From Terriglobia bacterium (lineage in GTDB: Bacteria > Acidobacteriota > Terriglobia > Acidiferrales > UBA7541), in assembly GCA_963695545.1 (NCBI GenBank), contig OY968796.1, positions 576,001-640,000 on the forward strand: 64,000 bases of DNA, in the 5' to 3' direction. This document shows, in pieces, positions 38,808 to 49,146 of the stretch; position 1 is the stretch's first letter; every line of letters starts with the position of its first letter. A program made the position numbers and the translations under genes. The notes beneath the pieces are model-generated. The model saw only the letters and a list, made by a program, of their open reading frames with translations. It did no database searches and was not told the origin of the DNA.

Positions 38808-39114
38808 CATAAAACACCCCGGGGGTAGGGGGGGCTCCGCCCCGCGATGCATCGGTTTTTTCGATCATCGCCGAACCGCGGCTTCTCTCGATCGGCGTCC
38901 CGACGGTGTCGGTGTGCGGCGCCATGAATAAAATCAGCGGCGGCGCAACATTCGGGCGCGCGCGCAAGTTTGACCGCCCCCGCGCCGCCGCGTTAACCTT
39001 ACGGTTCGCATTTGATCGCAATATCGATCGCGGCCCGCGAATTGCGCCCTTGCCGTCGGCGCGGATACCTGAAATTCACGAACGTCGGCCGAATCGGCCC
39101 TCGGTGAGGACGAG

Positions 39115-40203
39115 ATGAAAGGTTCGCGCTTCTGGATTTTTCTGGGCGTGCTCTTCGTGGTCGGTGTAATCGTCTACATCACCACCACTCCGCACTCGCG
39201 CGACATTCCGCTCGTCGGCATCGTCACCACCAACGATGCCATCGTCAGTTCGCAGGTCACCGGCCGCATCGCGAAGCTCTACGTCGATGAAGGCTCCGAG
39301 GTAAAGACCGGCCAATTGATCGCCGAGCTCGATCCTACCGATCTCCAGGCCCAACTCGCCTCCGCGCAGGCCAATGTCGCCGCGCTCGCCGCCAAAGTGC
39401 AATCGGCCCACGCCACCACCACCATGACCGACGCCCAAACTTCCGCCGCCATCGCGCAGGCCCAAGCCACGCTGGCTTCGTCGCGCGCCGAACTTGCGCA
39501 ATCGCAAGCCAATCTTCAGCTCGACAAGGTCACCTACGATCGCGACGAAGGACTCTTCAAAGGAGGCGCGCTCGCCGCGCAGGACCGCGACAATGCCGAA
39601 TCCGCCTACAAAGCCGCTCAGGCCGCCGAGCAAGCCGCCGAAGCCCAAGTGAACGCCGCCGCGGACGCGCTAAAATCCGCGCAAGCCAATCGGCAGGAAT
39701 TGAACGTGCAAGTAAGCGACACCGCTTCGACGCAGGCGCAATTGGCCCAGGCTCGCGCCGAAGTCGCGCAGGCGCAAACCCAACTCGGCTATACGAAAAT
39801 CGTTTCCCCGCTCGACGGCGTCGTTTCCGTGCGCGCCGCGCTGCAAGGCGAAATCGTCCAGGTCGGCGCGCCGATCGTCACCGTGGTTGACATTGACCAT
39901 CCTTGGGTCGAGGCCGACGTGCAGGAAAGTTTCGAGGACGATATTCAGTTCGGCCAGAAACTGAAAGTCCAACTGCCCTCGGGCGACGAACTTGAAGGCA
40001 CGGTCTATTACAAGGCCGTCCAGAACGACTACGCCACGCAGCGCGACGTCAGCCGCACCAAGCGCGACATCAAAACTTTCGCCATCAAAGTCTCCCTCCC
40101 GAACCCCGGCCGCCGTCTGTTCGAGGGCATGACCGCCACCGTCCTTCTGCCACCGCCCCCGTCTCAAAAGAACTGGCTCGAACGCCTCCTGGCGATCCTG
40201 TGA
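39115..40203 (+). CDS. HlyD-family membrane fusion protein
   Basis: N-terminal TM, VSSQVTGRIAKLYVDEG, coiled coil, IVSPLDGVV. Confidence 0.9.
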   Translation: MKGSRFWIFLGVLFVVGVIVYITTTPHSRDIPLVGIVTTNDAIVSSQVTGRIAKLYVDEGSEVKTGQLIAELDPTDLQAQLASAQANVAALAAKVQSAHATTTMTDAQTSAAIAQAQATLASSRAELAQSQANLQLDKVTYDRDEGLFKGGALAAQDRDNAESAYKAAQAAEQAAEAQVNAAADALKSAQANRQELNVQVSDTASTQAQLAQARAEVAQAQTQLGYTKIVSPLDGVVSVRAALQGEIVQVGAPIVTVVDIDHPWVEADVQESFEDDIQFGQKLKVQLPSGDELEGTVYYKAVQNDYATQRDVSRTKRDIKTFAIKVSLPNPGRRLFEGMTATVLLPPPPSQKNWLERLLAIL

Positions 40204-40228
40204 CGCCCCGGCCCCGGAGCACGCCGCG

Positions 40229-41215
<987 letters not shown>

Positions 41216-41305
41216 AGCGCTAGTGGAATTTCGCGCGCCTCGACTCGGCAGTATCGCTCGAAAGCGCGCTCCTACGTTCACTTCGGTGCCCAGCACACTG
41301 CGCGA

Positions 41306-41347
41306 GTGTGCCCCACACGTCGGTTTTACGTGTGGGGGTTTTGACTT
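41306..41347 (+). repeat. GTGCC-led REP-like hairpin (copy 2)
   Basis: GTGTGCCCCACACGT-CGGTTTT-ACGTGTGGGGG-TTTTGACTT. Confidence 0.6.
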
Positions 41348-41383
41348 CGGCTTTAATCGATCGCGTGGAGCGTTCCGCCTCAC

Positions 41384-42502
41384 ATGAGGTTCTATCGCAT
41401 CTCCGCCCTGATCGAACGCGACATGCGGAAGTTTTTCCGCAGCCCGGCGCTCATGAGCGTCGCGATGGTCGCCCCGTTGTTGCAGCTCGTGGTCCTTGGC
41501 TACGCCTTCGGCGGCGAAATCCATGGCGTGAAAATCGCGGTGGTCGACAACGATCACCAGAACGGTGCGCGCGTAGTCGAAGAGCATATCGACGCGATCG
41601 AAGCCAACGCCGGTACGTTCCGCGCCGTGTATTACGACTCGCTCAGCGACGCGACCATCGATCTGCGCACAGGTTTCGTTCGCGCCATCGTCTACATTCC
41701 TCCCGATTACTCGCGCCGGGTGGAGCATGGCGATAATCCCAAGCTCGTGCTTGTCGAAGACAATTCCGACGCCGAGATCACCAGCGCAATCTCCGCGCGC
41801 CTCCAAAGCGTCGTACAAGATGTGAACGCGCCGCCGGAGACCCCGCGCTTGCCGCAGCAGGTAAGCCTTCAAATGGTCGAGCTTTACCCGTATATCGAGT
41901 ACATCAAATATTTACTGCCCGGCGTGGTGGCCATCTCGATTTTCGTGGTGGCCATGATCGGTGGCGGCATCGTCTTCATCGACGATAAGTCGCGCGGCCT
42001 GCACGAAGGTTATCTCGTCACGCCCGTGCACAAATTAGAGCTCGTCTTGGGCCTGGTGCTTTCCGGCGCGATCAAGGGCGTGATGGCCGGCACCACGGTC
42101 GCCATCATCGGCGGCCTGATCGCCGGCATCGATCGCATTTGGGATCCGCTGCGTCTGGTCTACGTTGTTGTGGTGATCGCCGCCGGCTCGCTCACAATGA
42201 TTAGCTTCATGTTCCTCACGATGGTGCGCGTCAGCGATCCGCTGGTGCCGCGCGCTGTGTTCGGCGTGCTCAATACGCTGCTGTTTTTTCCATCGGGCGC
42301 CGTTTATCCGGTTGAAGGGTTTCCTGTGTGGCTGCGCTGGATTTCGTGGGTCGATCCGCTCAGCTACATCGTGCACGCGCTCAAGAATCTTTTTCTGAAG
42401 AATACCGGGTTCATGGGCATATATTCGGACGTGGCGGTGCTGTTGGGTTATTCATTGTTTTTCATATTGATGTGCAACGCGCTGTTCAAACGGCAAATCT
42501 AA
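41384..42502 (+). CDS. ABC-2 type permease
   Basis: One TM, a large loop, then 5 TM; PSGAVYPVEGFPVWL...DPLSY. Confidence 0.9.
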   Translation: MRFYRISALIERDMRKFFRSPALMSVAMVAPLLQLVVLGYAFGGEIHGVKIAVVDNDHQNGARVVEEHIDAIEANAGTFRAVYYDSLSDATIDLRTGFVRAIVYIPPDYSRRVEHGDNPKLVLVEDNSDAEITSAISARLQSVVQDVNAPPETPRLPQQVSLQMVELYPYIEYIKYLLPGVVAISIFVVAMIGGGIVFIDDKSRGLHEGYLVTPVHKLELVLGLVLSGAIKGVMAGTTVAIIGGLIAGIDRIWDPLRLVYVVVVIAAGSLTMISFMFLTMVRVSDPLVPRAVFGVLNTLLFFPSGAVYPVEGFPVWLRWISWVDPLSYIVHALKNLFLKNTGFMGIYSDVAVLLGYSLFFILMCNALFKRQI

Positions 42503-42577
42503 CCTGGCGTCAGCGCCATCGCGAACTGCGATCGGACGTGACGACTGAGCGCGACGTTCAAGCACAAGGAGCGTTCT

Positions 42578-43027
42578 GTGGGATTGCTCGACGCCGACCA
42601 CCAAAAGCCACCATCGAAGCGGTTGCGCTACGTCGTCAGCGGCCTCGCGCTTCTGATTCTCGTGGGTATCGGCCTATGGTTTGCTTTCCGATACGAACCC
42701 GAGAAACGCGTGGTCGAGAATTTCATGAACGCGGTCGTCGCCGGAAATTTTCAGCAGGCTTATCAAATATGGCATCCGCATTCCAGCTATCCCTACGGCG
42801 AATTCCTCGAAGATTGGGGAACGCAGGGTTATTACGGCCCAATTTTAAGCTATCACGTGGAATCGGCCACCGAGCCGGACGGCGGAAGCGGCGTGATCGT
42901 GACCGTCGAAGTCAGCCCGTTTTCGCCCTATCCCGACGCGAACGATCCGAAAAGCGGCCGCACCAAGGAAGTGCAGATTTGGGTGGAGCGCTCGGACAAA
43001 TCGCTAAGCTTCCCGCCGCCGTCTTAA
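42578..43027 (+). CDS. Hypothetical membrane-anchored protein
   Basis: AAGGAG RBS, GTG start, single N-terminal TM. Confidence 0.7.
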   Translation: MGLLDADHQKPPSKRLRYVVSGLALLILVGIGLWFAFRYEPEKRVVENFMNAVVAGNFQQAYQIWHPHSSYPYGEFLEDWGTQGYYGPILSYHVESATEPDGGSGVIVTVEVSPFSPYPDANDPKSGRTKEVQIWVERSDKSLSFPPPS

Positions 43028-43094
43028 CGATTTTGCGCGCCAAAAGCGATAGCGCGCTCGCGCGCTATCGCGCGCTGGCGCAGCGCCGGATGCG

Positions 43095-44183
43095 TTAGCT
43101 GAGTTCGCGAAGCGCCGCGGACAATTCCACCGGCGAAAGCGTGGCCGTGCCGAGCTTGCCGACCACGATTCCGGCGGCGATGTTCGCAAGACGCGCGGCA
43201 TCGGCAATGCGCGCCCCCGCCGCAATTCCGAGCGTCAGCACGGAAAGCACGGTGTCGCCTGCGCCAGTGACGTCGAAAACTTGCCGGCCCGCCGCGGCGC
43301 GGTCCACACCCGGCAATCCCACGCGCGCGTAGCTGACTTCAAAACTCGTCGCGGGAATATGCAGCGCGTGCGGAGCGGAATCCTCGAACACCGTCATGCC
43401 GCGTTCGCCGCGAGTGATCACCACGGCGGCGCAGCCAAAGTGCGCGAGCAGCGCGCGCCCCGCTTCTTCCAGTGAATCGTCTCCGGCGAGAGAACGTGTG
43501 ACGAAGAACCCCGCTTCCTTCGCGTTGCACACGATGGCCGTCGCGCCGCGATACGCGAACAGGCGCGACGTCTTCGGCTTGACCAGCGCGCGCACGCCGC
43601 GTCGATTGGCCTCTGCGAGCACGCGCTCCGCGAGCGCGTCGGTGACGACTCCCTTGTCGTAATCGGGCACCACCAGCGCGTCCAATCGCGGCAGCGCGAC
43701 CTTGATGCGGCGAATCAAGCGCTCTTCCAGCGCCGGAGCAAGCGGCGCGCGGCGCTCGCGATCCACGCGAACCACTTGCTGATGCCGCGCGATGATGCGC
43801 GTCTTCACGGTGGTGATGCGCGTCGCGTCCTCGAGCACGCCCTTGGCGCCGATTCCCTGCGCGGCAAAACATCGTCCCAAAGCCGCGCCCGCTTCGTCGG
43901 CGCCAATCACGCCGAACACTTCAACCGCCGCGCCCAGCGCCGCAAGATTCGCGGCGACGTTGCCCGCGCCGCCAAGCACTTGCGATTCCGACGTGAAATC
44001 CACCACCGGCACCGCGGCTTCGGGCGACATCCGATCCGCCGAACCCCACAGGTAGCGATCCAGCATCAAATCGCCAACCACGCCGATGCGGCGTCCGCGA
44101 AACGAGCGGATCAATCGCTCGAGTCGCGCTCGCGACGATTTGTTTTCAGATGCCGCCGCGGCGCGGCGGGATTTAGGACTCAT
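43095..44183 (-). CDS. Heptose-7-phosphate kinase (HldE/RfaE domain I, PfkB family)
   Basis: GDLMLDRYLWG...SPEA, GGAGNVA, KTRII, DYDKG, FDVTGAGDTV, GKLGTA. Confidence 0.9.
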   Translation of the reverse strand: MSPKSRRAAAASENKSSRARLERLIRSFRGRRIGVVGDLMLDRYLWGSADRMSPEAAVPVVDFTSESQVLGGAGNVAANLAALGAAVEVFGVIGADEAGAALGRCFAAQGIGAKGVLEDATRITTVKTRIIARHQQVVRVDRERRAPLAPALEERLIRRIKVALPRLDALVVPDYDKGVVTDALAERVLAEANRRGVRALVKPKTSRLFAYRGATAIVCNAKEAGFFVTRSLAGDDSLEEAGRALLAHFGCAAVVITRGERGMTVFEDSAPHALHIPATSFEVSYARVGLPGVDRAAAGRQVFDVTGAGDTVLSVLTLGIAAGARIADAARLANIAAGIVVGKLGTATLSPVELSAALRELS

Positions 44184-44373
44184 CGGATTTTGTTTCGTCG
44201 ATCTGGGCTTCGTCGGCCAACATCACAGGAAAACCGTCGCGAATCGGATAAATGCGCCGGCAAGTTTTGCAGCGCAGCGCTTCGCGATCGATCATTTGCT
44301 GGACGGGCGTGCGGCACACGGGGCAAACCAGGCGCGCCAGCAATTCGCGGTCAACAAGCACAGCAACTCCCAC
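44173..44373 (-). CDS. Trm112/YcaR-family small protein
   Basis: LVCPVC...CKTC...YPIRDGFPVMLADEA. Confidence 0.88.
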   Translation of the reverse strand: MGVAVLVDRELLARLVCPVCRTPVQQMIDREALRCKTCRRIYPIRDGFPVMLADEAQIDETKSDES

Positions 44374-44459
44374 ACGACCCGAAGGGCCTGCGGCTCACGA
44401 CTCTAGCAGAGAGCTTTTCGCAGAAGCAACCGGCGCAGCTCGGTGCCGCCGAACTCAGC

Positions 44460-46574
44460 TCAGCGAGCCGGCCCAATGCGCAGCACAACCTCGTTCGTCC
44501 AGATGGTTCCCGGCAAAAGGTGCGCAGTCCAAACCGGCATGATCTGGGAACCTTGGTAGACGCGCTCAAATCCATCTTCGGATTCGGAAACGGTCTCGAT
44601 CGGCGCGACCCAGAAATGTTTGGCTTCGCGTGCCTCAATAACCACCGCGACATTCTGCCAGCCGTCCACCACGCGCAGCGACGGTCCCGACGCAATCCCG
44701 ATCCACGCGAGGCGGTGATCGCCGTCGGCGGTTTGAAAGAGGCGGTCAGGCTCGTCCGGCGCGAGAAAGTTCAGGACGATTTCGATGCCGGCCTCGAACT
44801 CCGCCGAGGAGGTGCCGACCAGCGACATCTCGACCGCGCAACGAACCTCGAAGCCGGGACCGGCCGGCGCAAAGTCGAATCGTTTGAGAACGTGCAGCGT
44901 GCCCTGGCCCACGGTCGCTTCGGCCGTCGCGATCACGCGCCCGCCGGTGACTTCCTCGATGCGATACGCGCCCCCGGCGAACGCCGCGTGCTCTTGAAGA
45001 CGCAGAGCGTCGTAGTCATCGAGCGTTTTGTGCGGCGGAAACAGCACGAGGCGGAACGCGTGGCGCGGCCAGCGGTCGTATCGAAGCCGGCGCTCGAGAC
45101 CTTCTTCCTTGGCGCGCGTGCGATCGTGAATCGAAGTGACCTCGGATGCGGTTCCGCTCGAAAGGGCGCGCAAGCGATCGTGATACGCCTCGGGGCGACG
45201 CATCATCGAATTGATCAGCGTGGCCCCGGCTCGGCGATCGTCGAGCGCGGCGATAGTTGCGCCGTCGCTGGGCTTCACGAGCGCGGAAAATCGCGGCGAC
45301 GTGACGATCACTTCGTCGGCGCCGTCGGAATCGAAATCTGAGGTCGTCGCGCAGACCTCGTGCTGGCCGCGACCGCGGACCGATTCAGCGAGCGTTTCGG
45401 CGCGGATCGCCTCGCGCCACAGCGCAGTGCGCAGGTGCGGCGCGTAGACACCGCCGAAAACGCCGTGCCAGTAGGCGTCGTTGCACTGCCCGCGCAGAAC
45501 ATGTGTTCGCGCTTCGGCCAGTTTTTGCGCGGCGGCGGCGCCGCGACGGCGGTGGCCCAACAGTTCGATTTCGCGCGAAGCGCGCAGCATTTTCTTGTTC
45601 AGGAGATTCGATTCGGCGTACTTGCTGAAAAACCCGCGCCAAAAATTCCCGGAAAGAAACTGCAGCACTTCCGGTTCGTTCGCGAAACGCTGCCGAACAT
45701 TATGGAAGCGCATGCGAGCGGCGGTGGGAAGCGCCCACTCCATCATTTCGGTGTACGAGGCGGCGGGCAGATCGGCGCGGCCGAGAGGCGCGTGCGTTGC
45801 AAGATATTCGCCCGGAGGCACAACCGAAAGCCACGACGATTCCACCTCGAGCGCGGAGAAGAAGCGGTCGAGCCAGCCGTTTGTATAGCAATGATCGTAG
45901 GTGCCCGGCCAGGAGCCAAATTTTTCGAGATCGTCGCCCATCGCGGCCATTCCGTCGGGATGGCGCGAAGAGGAATCGCGCAGAAACCCCACGACTTCGC
46001 CGACGTCGCGGAACGGCACAAGGTAGCGCAACGCCTGCAAGCCCGGAACGAGCTTGACGTTGTGGCCGCCGTCCTCAGCGACATAGCAGCCGAACATCTG
46101 CTCCGGCTCGAAGCCTGCGGAAAGAAAATGGCTGTCGTCCACCAGCGTGTATTCCACGCCCGCAGCTGCGAGCGACGACGGCAATTGTGGCTCCCACACG
46201 CGCTCGGCGAGCCACGCGCCGCGTGGACGCTTTCCGAAGTAGCGCTCGAGGAACGCGGCGAGACGTTCGATTTGTTCGCGCTGGTCCGCAAGCGGGATGG
46301 AGATCAAAATCGGTTCGTAGAATCCGCCGCCGACGAGCTCGATCTGCCCGCGCGCGGCCATCTCCGCGAGCTGCGCGAAATATTCCGGATGCGTCGCGGA
46401 CAACCATTCAAGCAAAGGTCCGGAATAGTGCAGGCCAATGCGAACACCCGGGTGCCGCGCCAGGCATTCAATAAACGGCAAATACGACTGGCGATAAGTG
46501 CGCTCGAAAACCGCGTCAAAATTGCCGACGGGTTGATGCGCGTGTATCAGCAGAACAAAGTGGAACTTCGGCAC
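44460..46574 (-). CDS. GH57 alpha-amylase / 4-alpha-glucanotransferase
   Basis: HAHQP, GAWLAERVW, DDLEKFG, GQCNDAYWHG. Confidence 0.92.
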   Translation of the reverse strand: MPKFHFVLLIHAHQPVGNFDAVFERTYRQSYLPFIECLARHPGVRIGLHYSGPLLEWLSATHPEYFAQLAEMAARGQIELVGGGFYEPILISIPLADQREQIERLAAFLERYFGKRPRGAWLAERVWEPQLPSSLAAAGVEYTLVDDSHFLSAGFEPEQMFGCYVAEDGGHNVKLVPGLQALRYLVPFRDVGEVVGFLRDSSSRHPDGMAAMGDDLEKFGSWPGTYDHCYTNGWLDRFFSALEVESSWLSVVPPGEYLATHAPLGRADLPAASYTEMMEWALPTAARMRFHNVRQRFANEPEVLQFLSGNFWRGFFSKYAESNLLNKKMLRASREIELLGHRRRGAAAAQKLAEARTHVLRGQCNDAYWHGVFGGVYAPHLRTALWREAIRAETLAESVRGRGQHEVCATTSDFDSDGADEVIVTSPRFSALVKPSDGATIAALDDRRAGATLINSMMRRPEAYHDRLRALSSGTASEVTSIHDRTRAKEEGLERRLRYDRWPRHAFRLVLFPPHKTLDDYDALRLQEHAAFAGGAYRIEEVTGGRVIATAEATVGQGTLHVLKRFDFAPAGPGFEVRCAVEMSLVGTSSAEFEAGIEIVLNFLAPDEPDRLFQTADGDHRLAWIGIASGPSLRVVDGWQNVAVVIEAREAKHFWVAPIETVSESEDGFERVYQGSQIMPVWTAHLLPGTIWTNEVVLRIGPAR

Positions 46575-46693
46575 GCGGCCACCACGCTTGGGATTCTCTT
46601 AGGATGATTGCGCCGCGGGAGGATCCTCAGCGCACGAGACGCTCGAGGGCCCGGCCCCGGCGGCAAACTTCGGGCGGCCTCGTCGGGGAGACC

Positions 46694-46726
46694 AAAAGAA
46701 ACGGCGGAGCGCCAGGGCCCCGCCGT
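46694..46726 (-). terminator. Intrinsic terminator after the ferredoxin gene
   Basis: Minus strand ACGGCGGGGC-CCTGGC-GCTCCGCCGT-TTCTTTT. Confidence 0.65.
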
Positions 46727-46774
46727 CATCACGATGCTCGCGAGTTGCAGCGGATGGTGCCGCGAATCCGGCGG

Positions 46775-47041
46775 CTACGCTTTCTTCTCGTACCAATCGG
46801 AGTTCACTTTCGTGAAGCTCGACCATTTCTCAGGAAGATCCTCGAGCGCAAAAATCGCGGTCACCGGGCAAACCGGCACGCAGGCTCCGCAATCGATACA
46901 TTCTACGGGGCTTATGTAGAGTTGCGGCTCGGCCTCGAAGGTCGGCTCATCCTTGCGCGGGTGGATGCAGTCCACCGGACAGACATCCACGCAGGCCGTA
47001 TCCTTGGTTCCGATACACGGCTCAGCGATTACGTAGGCCAT
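46775..47041 (-). CDS. Ferredoxin (7Fe FdxA-like)
   Basis: MAYVIAEPCIGTKDTACVDVCPVDCI...CIDCGACVPVCP. Confidence 0.93.
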   Translation of the reverse strand: MAYVIAEPCIGTKDTACVDVCPVDCIHPRKDEPTFEAEPQLYISPVECIDCGACVPVCPVTAIFALEDLPEKWSSFTKVNSDWYEKKA

Positions 47042-47311
47042 CGCGTGTCTCCTTAGCAGCCAGACCAGCCTGCTTCACCGAATTTGCGCTGCAAACCGCC
47101 GCAAACAGGTCGAAAAAAGTTTATATCACCAAACTCGGAGGCGCACAAGTCACCCGACCCAGGCCCGATTTGGGACCCTATGCCTAGGCTACATTCTAGC
47201 AGGTACGCGGTGGCGACGCCCTGCAGCCGCTAACGCACAATCCGAGGCGGCACTGCGGCGTTAGCTACGACAACCACCGGGATATTGCGGCTTCGGGGCC
47301 GGGGTCGCGCT

Positions 47312-47929
47312 CTAGTAGCACAGGCCTACGATTTTGCGAACGTGCTCGGGATGCTCCCCTTCATTGAGAAAAAAATGCGCGACGTCGGCGCGCGAGATCG
47401 AGCGCGCTTTACCCGGCAGCGAGCCGTCGGCAATTTGATAGGACTCGGTTTTCGGACCATTGGTCAGGCGCGGTGGACGCGCGATCGTCCAATCGAGGCC
47501 GCTTTCCATCACGAGCTTTTCCATTTCGCGCGAATCGTTGAGGCCGTGCCGGAGGATGTAACTGATGATGGGAGTTAGAACGGGAGGGCCCACGTCCGGA
47601 AATAGCAGCGCGGCCGATAGCATCAGCAGCCGGCGCATGCCGCCCGCCTGCATGGCTTGAATCACGCACTTGGCCGAGGCCGCGATCAATGGCGTGGCTT
47701 TTAGATCGCGATGACCGAGCGTGGAAATCACCACGTCCTGGGCCACGAGCACGCGCGCAATTTGCTCGGCGTTGGTCACATCTCCACCGTGTACCACGAG
47801 GGCGGGATTACGAACGGTGATTTTCTGAGGCGAGCGAACCAGCGCAGTGATGACGTGTCCGCGCGCCAACCCCTGCTCAATTAAGGCGCGGCCTGTGCCT
47901 CCGGTTGCGCCTAAGAGAAAGATATTCAT
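47312..47929 (-). CDS. NAD(P)H-binding oxidoreductase (flavin reductase/BVR-B-like atypical SDR)
   Basis: GATGGTG, DWTIARP, ISRADVA. Confidence 0.88.
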   Translation of the reverse strand: MNIFLLGATGGTGRALIEQGLARGHVITALVRSPQKITVRNPALVVHGGDVTNAEQIARVLVAQDVVISTLGHRDLKATPLIAASAKCVIQAMQAGGMRRLLMLSAALLFPDVGPPVLTPIISYILRHGLNDSREMEKLVMESGLDWTIARPPRLTNGPKTESYQIADGSLPGKARSISRADVAHFFLNEGEHPEHVRKIVGLCY

Positions 47930-47949
47930 GATCGGCCCCTCGCGAGCTC

Positions 47950-48504
47950 TTAGGTCTTCCGTTTGCTGATGTCGCAAAGCATGTCTGAATGGATGTTCAG
48001 GCCGATGTTGGTCATGTTGTAGACGTGTTCGCTGGCGACCAGCCAGACGATTTCGCAGATCGCGCGTTCGGAATAATGGCGGGACATCCGCGCGAAGGTT
48101 TCCGGATTAATTTTCTTGTCGCGCGTCAGCTCGGTCACATAGTCGAGCGCTGAGCGTTCTGCCTCGGAGAAAAGAGGGCTGGTGCTGTGTTCATCGAGCG
48201 CGTCGAATTTGGCTTCATTCATCGACGCTTTGATCGCGAACGACCGGGCGATGTCTATGCAGAAAAGGCAGACGTTGATGCGCGCCACCTGATGGCGGAT
48301 GAGCATCGCGGTTTCCTTCGGGAGCAGCAGCTTCTTATCGAGCGAGCCAATTTTCCCGTAGAACATGCCGAAGGCGAGCGGCATCCGCGCGGAAAATACC
48401 TTTAGCGGCGTGAGCACTTTGCCGAATTGCCGGCGCGTCGCGGCATACACAAACTTCATCATCAGCCCACGCGGCTTTTCAATCGGTGGAAGGAAGGTAT
48501 CCAT
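47950..48504 (-). CDS. AhpD / carboxymuconolactone decarboxylase family protein
   Basis: VARINVCLFCID, FSEAERSALDY, YSERAICEI. Confidence 0.82.
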   Translation of the reverse strand: MDTFLPPIEKPRGLMMKFVYAATRRQFGKVLTPLKVFSARMPLAFGMFYGKIGSLDKKLLLPKETAMLIRHQVARINVCLFCIDIARSFAIKASMNEAKFDALDEHSTSPLFSEAERSALDYVTELTRDKKINPETFARMSRHYSERAICEIVWLVASEHVYNMTNIGLNIHSDMLCDISKRKT

Positions 48505-48509
48505 TGCGG

Positions 48510-49070
48510 TCACGCCTCCAATTCCAGTGTGCGCGGACGACGGAAGGTCTGCACGCTGACGACAAGCCCGGCAAGCGTCGCGCACGCAAGGACCACCAAG
48601 CTTGGCACCAGAGCCGGCTTTCCCGTCATCAGGTATACAATTCCGAGGGCCAGCGCCAATCGAATTCGCAGCGACGCGACGAGCAACGGGTCGTGCGCCA
48701 GGGTGCGGAGCCCGATTGGCACCGGGCCCGCGCCCTCGAGGTGTACGGCGCGAATTCTGCGCAGTCGGCGGCCGGTGACCGCTCCACCCAGTGCGCCGAT
48801 GATGACGAGGGCGGCGAGCGAGGGCACGATCCAACCGACGCTCGCGCGGCCGATTTTTGCCGCGAGATAACCTCCGGTGAGCAGAACCAGCGCGCCCGAG
48901 GAGCCGAACAGAATGGGAACGCTGCGAAGAGCGCCGATCGCGGCGCGAAAATCGGCGGCGGCGGCCGCTTTGCGGAACAACGCCGTGGAGACCCATTCAA
49001 GTCCGAGGCCGACGAAAATACCCATGGCGGCGACAATGTGCAGGAACAGGATGACCGAGTAAAACGTCAT
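48510..49070 (-). CDS. Integral membrane protein (DUF2269-like)
   Basis: LFLHIVAA, LLTGGYL, IVYLMTGKP; about 5 TM. Confidence 0.65.
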   Translation of the reverse strand: MTFYSVILFLHIVAAMGIFVGLGLEWVSTALFRKAAAAADFRAAIGALRSVPILFGSSGALVLLTGGYLAAKIGRASVGWIVPSLAALVIIGALGGAVTGRRLRRIRAVHLEGAGPVPIGLRTLAHDPLLVASLRIRLALALGIVYLMTGKPALVPSLVVLACATLAGLVVSVQTFRRPRTLELEA

Positions 49071-49146
49071 GTGTGCCTCCTTAGAAACAAGCTGCGCGCC
49101 GTTTGAATATAGCTTACTATACTGAATATGTCTAGATATAGCTAAA

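Noticed and set aside
38561..38833. Replication origin or mini-CRISPR
   Set aside because: Only one imperfect DnaA box and no dnaA or rep gene; the 13-bp repeats are too short for CRISPR
48505..48996. N-terminal extension of the AhpD-like ORF
   Set aside because: Overlaps the membrane protein gene; ATG 48504 has a GGAGG RBS
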